64,000 nucleotides of DNA from Minisyncoccia bacterium (GCA_965656375.1 CBFHKH010000001.1:580291-644290), one strand, 5' to 3'; shown: positions 28,823 to 37,957, counted from the stretch's first letter. Notes: generated by a model from the sequence alone, not told the origin. A program made the numbers and translations.

Positions 28823-29093
28823 TGTTTTTATTTTTAAAGGTTTATAGTTTGTGAAAAAAGCAACACTCACCTTTGTAAAAAGATGAAAAATGCTTTTTCC
28901 ACAAATAACCCTTATTTTTCAATGAGCTACGGGTGTCAAAGGCAAAGCCTTGACATCTAGCGGAATTATGGGCTATTTTCCTAGAAAAGTCAAGTATTTT
29001 GTCCACATTTTATCCCCAGATTTTCAGATCTATCCATATACCATAATGCCCTATTGACGGAGTTAGCTTCGTATAGTAAGATCATTATATTAC

Positions 29094-29124
29094 AGTCCGT
29101 TTCGAACCGGACTTTTATTTTTAG
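29094..29124 (+). promoter_or_regulatory. terminator-like hairpin plus U-tract in the nusA leader (candidate attenuator)
   Basis: agtccg tttcgaac cggact followed by tttattttt, ending about 22 nt before the nusA ATG. No plus-strand gene lies upstream that it could terminate. Confidence 0.4.
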
Positions 29125-29145
29125 AAAATTTAATAACAATTACAT

Positions 29146-30318
29146 ATGGTAGACCTAAAAACAATGAAATCAGCCCTCGAACAGCTCGAGGCAGAACGTA
29201 AAATCCCCCGTGAGAAGATCATCGACGCTATCGAACAAGCAATCGCAGCAGCATACAAGAAAGATTACGGTAAAAAAGGCCAGATTGTCCGCGCAACAAT
29301 AGACCTTGAAAGCGGAAAGATGGAATTTTACCAGGTAAAGATCGTTGTAGATGAATCACTTGTCCGCATGACAACTGATGAAGAAGATGAGGAAACAGAA
29401 ATTGCTGAAGACGATGATCGTATTCGGTTCAACGAAGAGCATCATATACTTATAGAAGATGCGAAGAAAATAAAGAGTGACGCAAAGCTTGAAGAGGAAA
29501 TCGTATTCCCTCTTGAGACACAAGAAGACTACGGTCGCATTGCTGCTCAGACTGCAAAGCAAGTCATCATCCAGAAAATCCGCGAAGCAGAACGTGGTGC
29601 TATTATCGACGAGTATGGTTCAAAAGAAGGTGAAATAGTAAACGGTTTCGTTCAAAAAATGGAGCGTGGTATTGTGTATGTCGACTTCAACCGTGCGACA
29701 GGTATCATTCTTCCAGAAGAACAGATTCCCGGAGAATTCTATCGACGCGGTGAAAGAATCCGTGCATATCTCTATAGTGTCGAGGAAACTCCACGTGGAG
29801 TAAATTTGAAACTCTCTCGCACTCATCCGCAACTTATCGAAGGACTCTTTGCAATGGAAGCTCCAGAAATCGCATCAGGAACAGTTGAAATAAAATCAAT
29901 TGCTCGTGAAGCAGGTGCACGCTCAAAGATCGCAGTATATTCAAATGATGATCATGTTGATCCCGTCGGATCATGTGTTGGACAAAAGGGTATCCGCGTC
30001 ACGACAGTGATGAGCGAACTCGGTGGAGAAAAGATTGATATCATTCCATGGTCAGCTGATCCTGCATCATATATCTCAAGCGCGCTCTCCCCTGCACGTG
30101 TTCTTGATATCCAAGTTTCTGAAGAAGAACACAAGGCAACAGTAGAAGTTGCTGCTGATCAGCTTTCACTTGCGATCGGCAAGGGCGGTCAGAATGTTCG
30201 CCTCGCAGCAAAGCTTACTGGTTGGAGAATCGACATCAAAGGTGTCGAAGGTGAGGTGGTATCAAGCGACAGTGATATAATTGACGAAGGTCTCGTCGAT
30301 GACGGAACTGAAGCGTAA
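29146..30318 (+). CDS. nusA: transcription termination/antitermination factor NusA
   Basis: 390 aa. N-terminal domain, acidic insert, S1 and two KH domains (DPVGSCVGQKGIRVTTVMSELGGEKIDII; IGKGGQNVRLAAKLTGWRIDIK). Confidence 0.9.
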   Translation: MVDLKTMKSALEQLEAERKIPREKIIDAIEQAIAAAYKKDYGKKGQIVRATIDLESGKMEFYQVKIVVDESLVRMTTDEEDEETEIAEDDDRIRFNEEHHILIEDAKKIKSDAKLEEEIVFPLETQEDYGRIAAQTAKQVIIQKIREAERGAIIDEYGSKEGEIVNGFVQKMERGIVYVDFNRATGIILPEEQIPGEFYRRGERIRAYLYSVEETPRGVNLKLSRTHPQLIEGLFAMEAPEIASGTVEIKSIAREAGARSKIAVYSNDDHVDPVGSCVGQKGIRVTTVMSELGGEKIDIIPWSADPASYISSALSPARVLDIQVSEEEHKATVEVAADQLSLAIGKGGQNVRLAAKLTGWRIDIKGVEGEVVSSDSDIIDEGLVDDGTEA

Positions 30319-30342
30319 TTAGTAATTAACTATAAAACTACT

Positions 30343-30879
30343 ATGAACTTATGGCACGATGTTTCAATTGGTAAAAATATTCCTAATGAATTCAACTGTA
30401 TTGTTGAAATTCCAAAAGGATCTCATAATAAATACGAAATTGATAAGGAGACCGGCATGATTATGCTTGATAGAGCAAATTATAATTCTGCTCCATATCC
30501 ATGTGAGTACGGATTTATTCCACAAACTCTCTGGGAAGATGGTGATGCAATTGACGTTCTTTTGCTTGCTACGTATCCAATTCATCCAGGTATTCTTGTT
30601 AAAGCGCGCCCTGTTGCCCTTATGAAGCTAATCGATGATGGAGAGTCGGATTATAAAATCATCGCAGTTCCTGTAGATGACCGACGCTGGGAAGATGTAA
30701 AAGATCTAGAAGACTTAAACAAGCATACATTACGAGAATTCAAACACTATTGGGAAATAATCAAGCAACTAAAATCAAAACCATCGACTGGAATCATTGA
30801 AGATTTCGGAAACAAAAAAGAAGCAATTGATGCTATCTATAGATCAATGGAACTCTACAAAGAAAAGTTCGGTAAATAA
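30343..30879 (+). CDS. ppa: inorganic pyrophosphatase, family I
   Basis: 178 aa. EIPKGS.NKYE, DGD.IDVL active-site motifs. Confidence 0.85.
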   Translation: MNLWHDVSIGKNIPNEFNCIVEIPKGSHNKYEIDKETGMIMLDRANYNSAPYPCEYGFIPQTLWEDGDAIDVLLLATYPIHPGILVKARPVALMKLIDDGESDYKIIAVPVDDRRWEDVKDLEDLNKHTLREFKHYWEIIKQLKSKPSTGIIEDFGNKKEAIDAIYRSMELYKEKFGK

Positions 30880-30894
30880 TCTAAAAACACTACT

Positions 30895-31965
30895 ATGAAA
30901 ACAGAAATAAAAAAGCTTGATAAGAGCGAGGTTGAAATAGTCGGCACACTCGAGTGGGCAGACTTTGAAAAATACGAAGGTAAGGCTCTCAGTATCATTG
31001 CTGAGCGACTTGAACTTCCAGGATTCAGAAAAGGTAAAGCACCTGCAAATGTCGTGAAAGAAAACGTGACCGAAATGATGATCCTTGAAGAAATGGCGGA
31101 GCAGGCTCTCCATATTGTGTACCCACAAATTCTTGAAGAGAATAAAGTTGATGCTATCGGCCGACCACAAATCGCGATCACAAAGATCGCCAAAGGCTCT
31201 GATCTTGAATTCAAGATCATGACTGCAGTACTTCCAGAGATGAAACTACCAGATTATAAAAAGCTGGCAGAAGAACAAAACAAAAAGGGAGACTTCAAGA
31301 AAGAAATCATCGTTGATGACGCTGACGTAGAGAAAACAATTCTCGAACTCCGAAAGATGCGCGCAGAACAAGCTCGCGGTGGACATGAAGGCCATGAGAA
31401 TATGACTGAGGAAGAGCACAAGAAAGCTCACGAGATCCCAGAAAGTGAGTACCCAGCATTCGACGATGAATTCGCAAAATCATTCGGTGATTTTGCAGAT
31501 GCTGAGGCGTTCAAGAACAAGATCAAGAGTAATATGAAAATTGAGAAAGAAACTGAGCAAAAAGACAAGCTCCGCCTCTCTATCATCGAAGAACTCGTAA
31601 GTAAAGCAGAAGGTGAGATTCCAGAAATACTCATCCAAAGCGAAACAGACAAAATCCTCTATCGTCTTGAAGCTGACATCACAAACATGGGATTCAAATT
31701 CGAAGATTATTTGAAGCAGATCGGCAAGACTGAAGTAGAGCTCCGCGGAGAATGGCGAGCAGATGCAGAAAAGCGTGCAAAGCTTCAGCTTATCATCAAC
31801 ACTATCTCCAAAAAAGAAAATCTTGCGCCAAGTGAGGAAGATATAGAAGTTGAAGTACAGAAGATCATTACGATGTACAAAGATGCTGACCCAATCCGTG
31901 CTCGGGCATATGTTGAAAACATGCTCGAAAATGAAAAAGTGTTTACATTTTTAGAAAGCCAATAA
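30895..31965 (+). CDS. tig: trigger factor (short form)
   Basis: 356 aa. Ribosome-binding signature GFRKGKAP; located immediately upstream of clpP, the conserved tig-clpP synteny. Confidence 0.75.
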   Translation: MKTEIKKLDKSEVEIVGTLEWADFEKYEGKALSIIAERLELPGFRKGKAPANVVKENVTEMMILEEMAEQALHIVYPQILEENKVDAIGRPQIAITKIAKGSDLEFKIMTAVLPEMKLPDYKKLAEEQNKKGDFKKEIIVDDADVEKTILELRKMRAEQARGGHEGHENMTEEEHKKAHEIPESEYPAFDDEFAKSFGDFADAEAFKNKIKSNMKIEKETEQKDKLRLSIIEELVSKAEGEIPEILIQSETDKILYRLEADITNMGFKFEDYLKQIGKTEVELRGEWRADAEKRAKLQLIINTISKKENLAPSEEDIEVEVQKIITMYKDADPIRARAYVENMLENEKVFTFLESQ

Positions 31966-32059
31966 AGATAGCCGTTAGCATCTGGCTTTTAGCTTCTAGC
32001 CAAATCATGATATAATGGCTCCGCTAGTCGCTAATTGCTAACAGCTAGTCGCTAAAATT

Positions 32060-32650
32060 ATGTTAATCCCAACAGTTATTGAAAAAACAATGAATGGAGA
32101 GCGAGCGTATGATATTTACTCTCGCCTCTTAAACGATCGCATTATCTTCCTAGGTGGACCGATTGATGACCATGTCGCAAATCTCGTCATCGCCCAGCTC
32201 CTGTACCTCGATCATGCTGATTCAAAAAAAGACATCCAACTCTATATCAACTCCCCTGGTGGTTCTGTTACCGCAGGACTTGCCATCGTTGATACCATGA
32301 ATTTCGTAAAGTCTGACATCTCGACTATCTGCGTCGGTATCGCCGCTTCGATGGGTGCAGTGCTCCTCTCTGCTGGACAGAAAGGCAAGCGATTTGCTCT
32401 TCCGAATTCTGAAGTGATGATCCACCAAGTTATGGGTGGTGCAGAGGGTCAAGCATCTGATATCGCGATCAATGCAAAACATATCCTTCGTACAAAAGAA
32501 ACACTTAACAAGATCCTCGCAAAGAATACTGGTCAGAGTGTAGCGACAATTGATAAAGATTCCGACCGTGATTACTACATGACTGCTGATGAAGCTAAAA
32601 AGTACGGCATCGTCGATGAGATAGTCGCAAAGCCAAAGAACCTAAAATAG
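32060..32650 (+). CDS. clpP: ATP-dependent Clp protease proteolytic subunit
   Basis: 196 aa. Ser-His-Asp triad context ([11 protein letters not shown]..; MIHQ). Confidence 0.95.
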   Translation: MLIPTVIEKTMNGERAYDIYSRLLNDRIIFLGGPIDDHVANLVIAQLLYLDHADSKKDIQLYINSPGGSVTAGLAIVDTMNFVKSDISTICVGIAASMGAVLLSAGQKGKRFALPNSEVMIHQVMGGAEGQASDIAINAKHILRTKETLNKILAKNTGQSVATIDKDSDRDYYMTADEAKKYGIVDEIVAKPKNLK

Positions 32651-32656
32651 TCTTAT

Positions 32657-32698
32657 ACTAGAAAGACCGCCTTCTTTACAGAAGGCGGTCTTTCTAGT
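32657..32698 (+). terminator. terminator hairpin after clpP
   Basis: 18-bp perfect stem actagaaagaccgccttc / gaaggcggtctttctagt with a 6-nt loop. Confidence 0.6.
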
Positions 32699-32884
32699 AT
32701 TATGAAGTTATCGAATTTTAACAGTTTTATTTAGTGTCTACTTTCGAAATACAGTTTTATCCGGCGCTTCAAGAACTATTTATTTATGAACAAACGTTTT
32801 GCTCCAGTCTCCCCTGTGCATAATAATATACGCATTTCCCCGCGCGAATAACGCTCGTGTTTTCCAAGTGACACGGTCACATAT

Positions 32885-34411
32885 ATGAGTTTAACAGCAA
32901 TAATAATTTCTGTGCTCGCCCTTATCGCAGGGGTCGGAGTCGGATATTATCTGCGCCTCATTATCTCGCTCGGCAAAAAGGGCTCAATGGAGCTCGAGAT
33001 CAAGCAGATAATGCTCGGTGCAAAAGAAGAAGCGCAACGCATCGTCGATGATGCGAAGAAAAAGGCAGAAGAGAAGCTCGAAGAATCTCAGACAGAATTC
33101 AAAAAGAAAGAAGTCGAGTGGAAAGAGACAGAGCATCGCCTCATCAAAAAGGAAGAGCTTCTCGACGCACGCCAAGTCGAGATTGATCGCGAAGTTGAGA
33201 ATATCAAGCTCAAAGTCGAAGATGTGAAGAAGATCAAAGATCGAGTCGACAACATGCAGAATGAAAAAGAGAAAGAACTCGAGAAGATCGCACATCTTTC
33301 AGTAGAGGATGCAAAGGGGCTCCTTTTCCGCAACATCGAAGAAAAATATGAAGAAGATCTTCTTGTTCGCATGCAGAAAATGGAAACAGCAAATACTGAG
33401 AAGCTGGATCGCCGTGCAAAAGACATCCTCGCTGCAAGTATCAACCGCCTCGCTGCATCAACAGCATCAGAAATGATGACAACATCGGTCAATATTCCAA
33501 ACGATGAAATCAAAGGAAAGATCATTGGAAAGGAAGGCCGCAATATCCGCGCATTCGAACGCGCTGCGGGGGTTGAACTCATCATCGATGAAACTCCGGG
33601 GGCTATTGTTATCTCATCATTTGATCCAGTCCGCCGACAAGTCGCCCGTCTCGCACTCGAGAACCTTATCCTTGATGGCCGTATCCAACCTGCAAAGATC
33701 GAGGAAGTCGTCGCTAAGGCCCAGGAAGATATCAACAAGATTATCAAGGATAAAGGTGATCAAGCAGTGTATGAATGCGGAATATTTAACCTTGATCCGC
33801 GTATTGTCGCCATTGTCGGACGCCTCTACTTCCGTACCAGTTACGGCCAAAACGTGCTCCAACACTCTATAGAAATGGCTCACATCGCAGGAATGCTCGC
33901 AGAAGAGCTTGGAGCAGATATTCAGATTGCAAAAGCTGGTGCCCTCGTCCACGACATTGGTAAAGCTCTCGACCACGAAGTCCAAGGTACGCATATCGAC
34001 ATTGGTATCCGTATCCTACAGAAGTTCGGCGCTGATCCACGTATCATCACATCAATGAAGAGTCACCATGATGATTGCCCACATGAAACAATAGAAGCGA
34101 TCATCGTTCAGACTGCTGACCATATCTCAGGAGGCCGCCCTGGCGCCCGCCGTGACTCAGTTGAGAACTACATCAAGAGATTGCAAGACTTGGAAGCAAT
34201 CACAAAGACATTTGAAGGCGTCGAGAAATCATATGCGCTTGCTGCAGGTCGCGAAATCCGAATCTTTGTGACTCCAGAGAAAGTAAACGATGTTGAAGCA
34301 AAAGTAATGGCACGCGACATTGCCAAGAAGATAGAACAAGAACTCAAATATCCAGGTGAAATCAGAGTCACCATGATCCGAGAGAGTCGCATTATTGAAT
34401 ACGCACGATAA
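32885..34411 (+). CDS. rny: ribonuclease Y
   Basis: 508 aa. N-terminal TM helix, coiled coil, KH domain (IGKEGRNIRAFERAAGVELIID) and HD domain (LVHDIGKA). Confidence 0.85.
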   Translation: MSLTAIIISVLALIAGVGVGYYLRLIISLGKKGSMELEIKQIMLGAKEEAQRIVDDAKKKAEEKLEESQTEFKKKEVEWKETEHRLIKKEELLDARQVEIDREVENIKLKVEDVKKIKDRVDNMQNEKEKELEKIAHLSVEDAKGLLFRNIEEKYEEDLLVRMQKMETANTEKLDRRAKDILAASINRLAASTASEMMTTSVNIPNDEIKGKIIGKEGRNIRAFERAAGVELIIDETPGAIVISSFDPVRRQVARLALENLILDGRIQPAKIEEVVAKAQEDINKIIKDKGDQAVYECGIFNLDPRIVAIVGRLYFRTSYGQNVLQHSIEMAHIAGMLAEELGADIQIAKAGALVHDIGKALDHEVQGTHIDIGIRILQKFGADPRIITSMKSHHDDCPHETIEAIIVQTADHISGGRPGARRDSVENYIKRLQDLEAITKTFEGVEKSYALAAGREIRIFVTPEKVNDVEAKVMARDIAKKIEQELKYPGEIRVTMIRESRIIEYAR

Positions 34412-34420
34412 AAGTATAAT

Positions 34421-34446
34421 AAAACCCCCTCAGCTGAGGGGGTTTT
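34421..34446. terminator. bidirectional terminator between rny and convergent gene 34448-34831
   Basis: aaaaccccctcagctgagggggtttt. Confidence 0.7.
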
Positions 34447-34447
34447 A

Positions 34448-34831
34448 TTATACTGCTTCTCTTTTAAGTATCAAAAGATTCATATGGAAATGCTCTGGTT
34501 GAGTCTGGCCTTTCGGTAAATTTTCCCAAATTGCATCATACTGTAAACTCAAATATTCTTTTTTGATTTGTTCAAACTCACTTTTTTCTTCCGTAGTTAA
34601 TAGTTCCCAATCAAACGCTACTTTCCGCTTTGTCGCAAGCATATGAGTAGTGGTAGCAATGGCATCATACGGGAATTGATTATCTATAATAACCCAATGT
34701 TCGAATTCTTTAATCGGCGGTTCATCAAATGGGCTATACTTTATTCCGCTTGCTTCCCTCTCCTTCATTACTTCCATATACTTTGTCATCATCTCATCTG
34801 ATCGGAGGAATGTTCGTGTGATATTTGCCAT
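34448..34831 (-). CDS. hypothetical protein (possible HIT-like fold)
   Basis: 127 aa. The C-terminal EHFHMNLL is reminiscent of the HIT histidine motif but incomplete; treated as unknown. Confidence 0.4.
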   Translation of the reverse strand: MANITRTFLRSDEMMTKYMEVMKEREASGIKYSPFDEPPIKEFEHWVIIDNQFPYDAIATTTHMLATKRKVAFDWELLTTEEKSEFEQIKKEYLSLQYDAIWENLPKGQTQPEHFHMNLLILKREAV

Positions 34832-35073
34832 ATGCGGGATTATAACATACGTGAAAGTTTACTTTTTATATACAAAAAGTAAAATTTTACTGTTTTTAAT
34901 GATAAATTAAAATATAAAGTCAAAAGTTGTCAATGTTATAATTTGCTTGCGCTAAAATAACCTTGGTATATAATAAGATTATCCTGTTTATAAGGACACG
35001 TTTGCAAACGGTCGAATATTATTTAGGTAGTATCCGTATATTTTTTGAAAGAAATATATACGGACAGAAAATA

Positions 35074-35346
35074 ATGAATAAACAAGCATTAGTAGAATGG
35101 GTTCACGGCAAGATCGGCGGTACAAAAGTACAGGCTGAAGAAGTTGTGAACGGTATGTTTGATGCTATCGTCGCTACTTTGAAAAAGGGCGGTGAAGTAT
35201 CAATCGCAGGAATCGGTATCTTCTCTGTAAAGGCACGTGCAGCTCGTATGGCTCGCAATCCAAAGACAGGTGAAGCAGTAAAGGTTGCTGCTACAAAAGT
35301 TCCAAAGTTCCGAGCAGCGAAAGCTCTCAAGGACGCAGTTAAATAA
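35074..35346 (+). CDS. hup: DNA-binding protein HU
   Basis: 90-aa product MNKQALVEWVHGKIGG...AGIGIFSVKARAARMARNPKTGEAVKVAATKVPKFRAAKALKDAVK with the HU/IHF arm. The track ORF starts earlier at 34963. Confidence 0.9.
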   Translation: MNKQALVEWVHGKIGGTKVQAEEVVNGMFDAIVATLKKGGEVSIAGIGIFSVKARAARMARNPKTGEAVKVAATKVPKFRAAKALKDAVK

Positions 35347-35441
35347 TTCGTCTCGCGAGAAGAATTAATAAAAGAGCCACTCTATTCTATCTATGAGTGG
35401 TTTTTTTATTTTTATATTAGTTACTTTAAAAATTTTACAAC

Positions 35442-36188
35442 CTATTCAATAAGAGCAAGTATGAGCATGAGTACTACCCCTAAAATAACTGTCACGATTT
35501 GGAAAAATGAATTCACATTCCCTTTATGCTTATGTAGCTCAGGAATTAAATCTGCAACTGCTATATATATAAATCCTCCAGCGGCAATTGGTAACAACCA
35601 CAACACTGAAGCTTCAGCGATATTTCCTAAAACAAAAGCAAATATCATTCCAACAACAGAAAGTAGGGCTGAAATAAAGTTAAGCCACAATGCTTTTTTC
35701 TTGGTATACCCAGAGTGAATAAGAACAGCAAAGTCCCCTATCTCTTGTGGAATTTCATGAAGTATAACTGCGATCGTAGTCGCAATACCGATAGGAATGC
35801 TAACCATGAAGCTTGCACCAATAAGAATTCCATCAATTAGATTGTGGACACCATCAGAAAACAGTATTAATTTACCAGCAGGATGAATCTCGTGTACATC
35901 TTCTTCTTCAGCATGGTGATGCCAATGTAAAAACTTTTCTAATATAAAAAATATGAGTAAGCCACCGATGATGAGTAAACTTGTGCTGACTGCATTTGTG
36001 CTCTGTTTAAATGCTTCAGGAATAATATGAATAAATGCATCCCCAAGCAATGCACCGACGGCAAGACTAATAAATACTCCGATATATTTTTTTAATATGT
36101 CCTCTTTGAGTGCAAGAGTAAAAACTCCTACGAGCGATACGAGGCTGATTACGAGAACGCTTCCGAGCGCATATAGATATGTGATCAT
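35442..36188 (-). CDS. zupT: ZIP-family divalent metal (zinc) transporter
   Basis: 248 aa, 8 TM segments. HNLIDGILIG and HEIPQEIGDF ZIP signature helices; His-rich loop HWHHHAEEEDVHEIH. Confidence 0.8.
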   Translation of the reverse strand: MITYLYALGSVLVISLVSLVGVFTLALKEDILKKYIGVFISLAVGALLGDAFIHIIPEAFKQSTNAVSTSLLIIGGLLIFFILEKFLHWHHHAEEEDVHEIHPAGKLILFSDGVHNLIDGILIGASFMVSIPIGIATTIAVILHEIPQEIGDFAVLIHSGYTKKKALWLNFISALLSVVGMIFAFVLGNIAEASVLWLLPIAAGGFIYIAVADLIPELHKHKGNVNSFFQIVTVILGVVLMLILALIE

Positions 36189-36192
36189 GCTG

Positions 36193-36263
36193 TGCGGGAT
36201 AAGAGAATCGAACTCTTGCCAACAGTTTGGAAAACTGTAGTTCTACCACTAAACTAATCCCGC
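36193..36263 (-). tRNA. tRNA-Gly (anticodon UCC)
   Basis: 71 nt GCGGGAT...ACAGT TTTCCAA ACTGT...AAGAG TTCGATT CTCTT ATCCCGC A. Cloverleaf checked by hand; no encoded CCA. Confidence 0.8.
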
Positions 36264-36386
36264 GTGATTTTAAGGAATTGGCTATTACATAGCCACTAGT
36301 ACAGGGATTGTGAGTACACATATTGATCCTTACAGGATCTGTACACCTTTCGTATCGTACTCGTTCCACTCCGTTCGATATACTCA

Positions 36387-36410
36387 AGGTTTTCAATTCC
36401 CTGCCATACG
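36387..36410 (+). other. tRNA 3'-half remnant (T-arm plus acceptor-like) on the strand opposite the neighbouring tRNAs
   Basis: ggttttcaattccctgccatacg versus the tRNA-Pro 3' end GGGTTCAATTCCCTGCACCCCGA: a 13-nt identical core (TTCAATTCCCTGC). The T-stem halves are not complementary and no D or anticodon arm is present, so it is a fragment and not a gene. Confidence 0.4.
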
Positions 36411-36465
36411 TAACATAGTTATGTATTCACCCCTCCAAGAAAAACCTACAAAGGTTTTTCTCTTG

Positions 36466-36536
36466 TCGGGGTGCAGGGAATTGAACCCTGTTCTCACGGT
36501 CCCAAACCGCGTATACTACCGGTGTACTACACCCCG
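36466..36536 (-). tRNA. tRNA-Pro (anticodon UGG)
   Basis: 71 nt CGGGGTG TA GTAC ACCGGTA GTAT A CGCGG TTTGGGA CCGTG AGAA CAGGG TTCAATT CCCTG CACCCCG A. No encoded CCA. Confidence 0.8.
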
Positions 36537-36582
36537 AAATCTAACAATTCTTCTATAGTAGCATACTATATATAAAAAACAA

Positions 36583-37017
36583 TTATAGAATAATGTTCTC
36601 AATCGTTTTGACCCGAGCTCTTCGCTTTTCCATGTCGATATAGACAAACAAAAGATCAAACTGCCATGGAGTATTGCCTATTCTATTGTGGATCAAATAA
36701 GTCTCGATTGTCCTTGATAATCGTTTCATCTTCCACGGATGCATATTCTCTTCGGGGCGTCTTATAAAAGGGTTTGTTTCTCGTGTAACACTTTGATTAT
36801 TACTTTCCTCCCCATCTAACTCCTCTAAAGATTGAGAGACTGACTTAACTTCTATAAAATACAACCTCCCTTCTTTTTCTGCAATAATATCGATTTCTCC
36901 CCATTTTTTTGTATAATTTCTCTCTAGAATTTGAAATCCATGTTTCATGAGAAACTTACATGCAGTATTTTCTCCAATTTCTCCAATTTTTTGCGATTTA
37001 GAAGTGAAATTTTTCAT
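36583..37017 (-). CDS. yraN: YraN/UPF0102-family endonuclease-like protein
   Basis: 144 aa. N-terminal GEIGENTACKFLMKHGFQILERN...GEIDIIAEKEGRLYFIEVK matches the YraN restriction-endonuclease-like core; a C-terminal extension follows. Confidence 0.6.
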   Translation of the reverse strand: MKNFTSKSQKIGEIGENTACKFLMKHGFQILERNYTKKWGEIDIIAEKEGRLYFIEVKSVSQSLEELDGEESNNQSVTRETNPFIRRPEENMHPWKMKRLSRTIETYLIHNRIGNTPWQFDLLFVYIDMEKRRARVKTIENIIL

Positions 37018-37041
37018 ATGTTACATGTGTAACTATATTCT

Positions 37042-37061
37042 AATGTTTCACGTGAAACATT
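37042..37061. promoter_or_regulatory. perfect 20-bp palindrome (candidate operator) about 25 nt upstream of the yraN start
   Basis: aatgtttcacgtgaaacatt with a CACGTG core. Confidence 0.4.
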
Positions 37062-37273
37062 AAGTTAGTTTATAGGACAAATTATGCTATTTTAAATGTC
37101 TTTGTATAAATATCATTAATTTATAACACTTTTTATGAAGAAGACCTAAATAATGATGTAAAGTAAATCTGTCTTTTATAAACAATGCACACAGTCTTAT
37201 CCACAGAATCTTATTTTTAAATGATATTTATTGTGTATAAAAGACTGATAAAGGTCATGAGTCTTGTTTGATG

Positions 37274-37346
37274 TGCGCTCGGAGGGAATCGAACCCCCAA
37301 CCCCTTGTTCCGAAGACAAGTGCTCTATCCGTTGAGCTACGAGCGC
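37274..37346 (-). tRNA. tRNA-Arg (anticodon UCG)
   Basis: 73 nt GCGCTCG TA GCTC AACGGATA GAGC A CTTGT CTTCGGA ACAAG GGGTT GGGGG TTCGATT CCCTC CGAGCGC A. Confidence 0.8.
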
Positions 37347-37349
37347 ATA

Positions 37350-37817
37350 TTAATTTCTAAACCAATTAAAATCTCTAGCTGTTTTCTTTCGATGACAATT
37401 TGCACATCTTACATCGCACTTTTCAATTTCCTCTTTTATTTTTTCGATAGGAAATTGTAATCGTATCATAGAAGAAACAGCTTTAAATTTTGTAAACTTA
37501 TTCTTATGATCGAATTCTAATACCCTTAGATCAGATTCTCCGCAATCAATACATGGTCTCTTTTTGAAGAAATCTCTTAAAAAACTATGTATTTCAAGCT
37601 TAAATTTATTATTTCTAGTAGCTGCTTTCTCTAAATAATACTGCTTGTTCTTATTATAGTGATTTTTGATTAATAATCTAGTACATTCTTTACAATGAAG
37701 ATGCCTTACTCCGAAAGCCTTATTCTTAAAATTGAATTCAGTATCAATTTTTTCTTTCTTACATCTTGAACATTTTTTCACATAAAAAATTATATCAAAA
37801 AAGTCTTCGAAAAACAA
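37350..37817 (-). CDS. HNH endonuclease (homing-endonuclease-like)
   Basis: 155 aa. CSRCKKEK...CKEC zinc knuckle, then CIDCGESD...LEFDHKNK...CANCHRKK (the His-Asn-His / C-x2-C core). Visibly more AT-rich than its surroundings. Begins 4 nt after tRNA-Arg and about 70 nt before tRNA-Gly(GCC). Confidence 0.65.
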   Translation of the reverse strand: MFFEDFFDIIFYVKKCSRCKKEKIDTEFNFKNKAFGVRHLHCKECTRLLIKNHYNKNKQYYLEKAATRNNKFKLEIHSFLRDFFKKRPCIDCGESDLRVLEFDHKNKFTKFKAVSSMIRLQFPIEKIKEEIEKCDVRCANCHRKKTARDFNWFRN

Positions 37818-37886
37818 AGCATATCCGAATATTTTATTGCATTATTTAATGGAAAATACTATAATCTAAAACGTTATACATAATCT

Positions 37887-37957
37887 GCGGGGTTGGTTTA
37901 GTGGTAGAACACGTCCTTGCCAAGGATGAGACAGGAGTTCGATTCTCCTACTCCGCA
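37887..37957 (+). tRNA. tRNA-Gly (anticodon GCC)
   Basis: 71 nt GCGGGGT TG GTTT AGTGGTA GAAC A CGTCC TTGCCAA GGATG AGAC AGGAG TTCGATT CTCCT ACTCCGC A. Confidence 0.8.

Noticed and set aside
31966-32059. CRISPR-like array
   Set aside because: Only two copies of a 12-bp repeat, no cas genes, and it lies in a 5' UTR. No CRISPR array was found anywhere in the window.
33088-33747. 219-aa minus-strand ORF inside rny
   Set aside because: Antisense to the RNase Y coding region. Arg/Ser-rich low complexity typical of reverse-strand frames of Lys/Glu-rich genes.
36067-36396. 109-aa minus-strand ORF
   Set aside because: Overlaps the zupT start, tRNA-Gly(UCC) and the inter-tRNA spacer; not compatible with the tRNA genes. 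Spurious.
36387-36410. Possible additional plus-strand tRNA between tRNA-Gly and tRNA-Pro
   Set aside because: Only a T-loop/acceptor-like 3' segment is present. The T-stem halves are not complementary and no D or anticodon arm can be formed, so it was kept only as a remnant.
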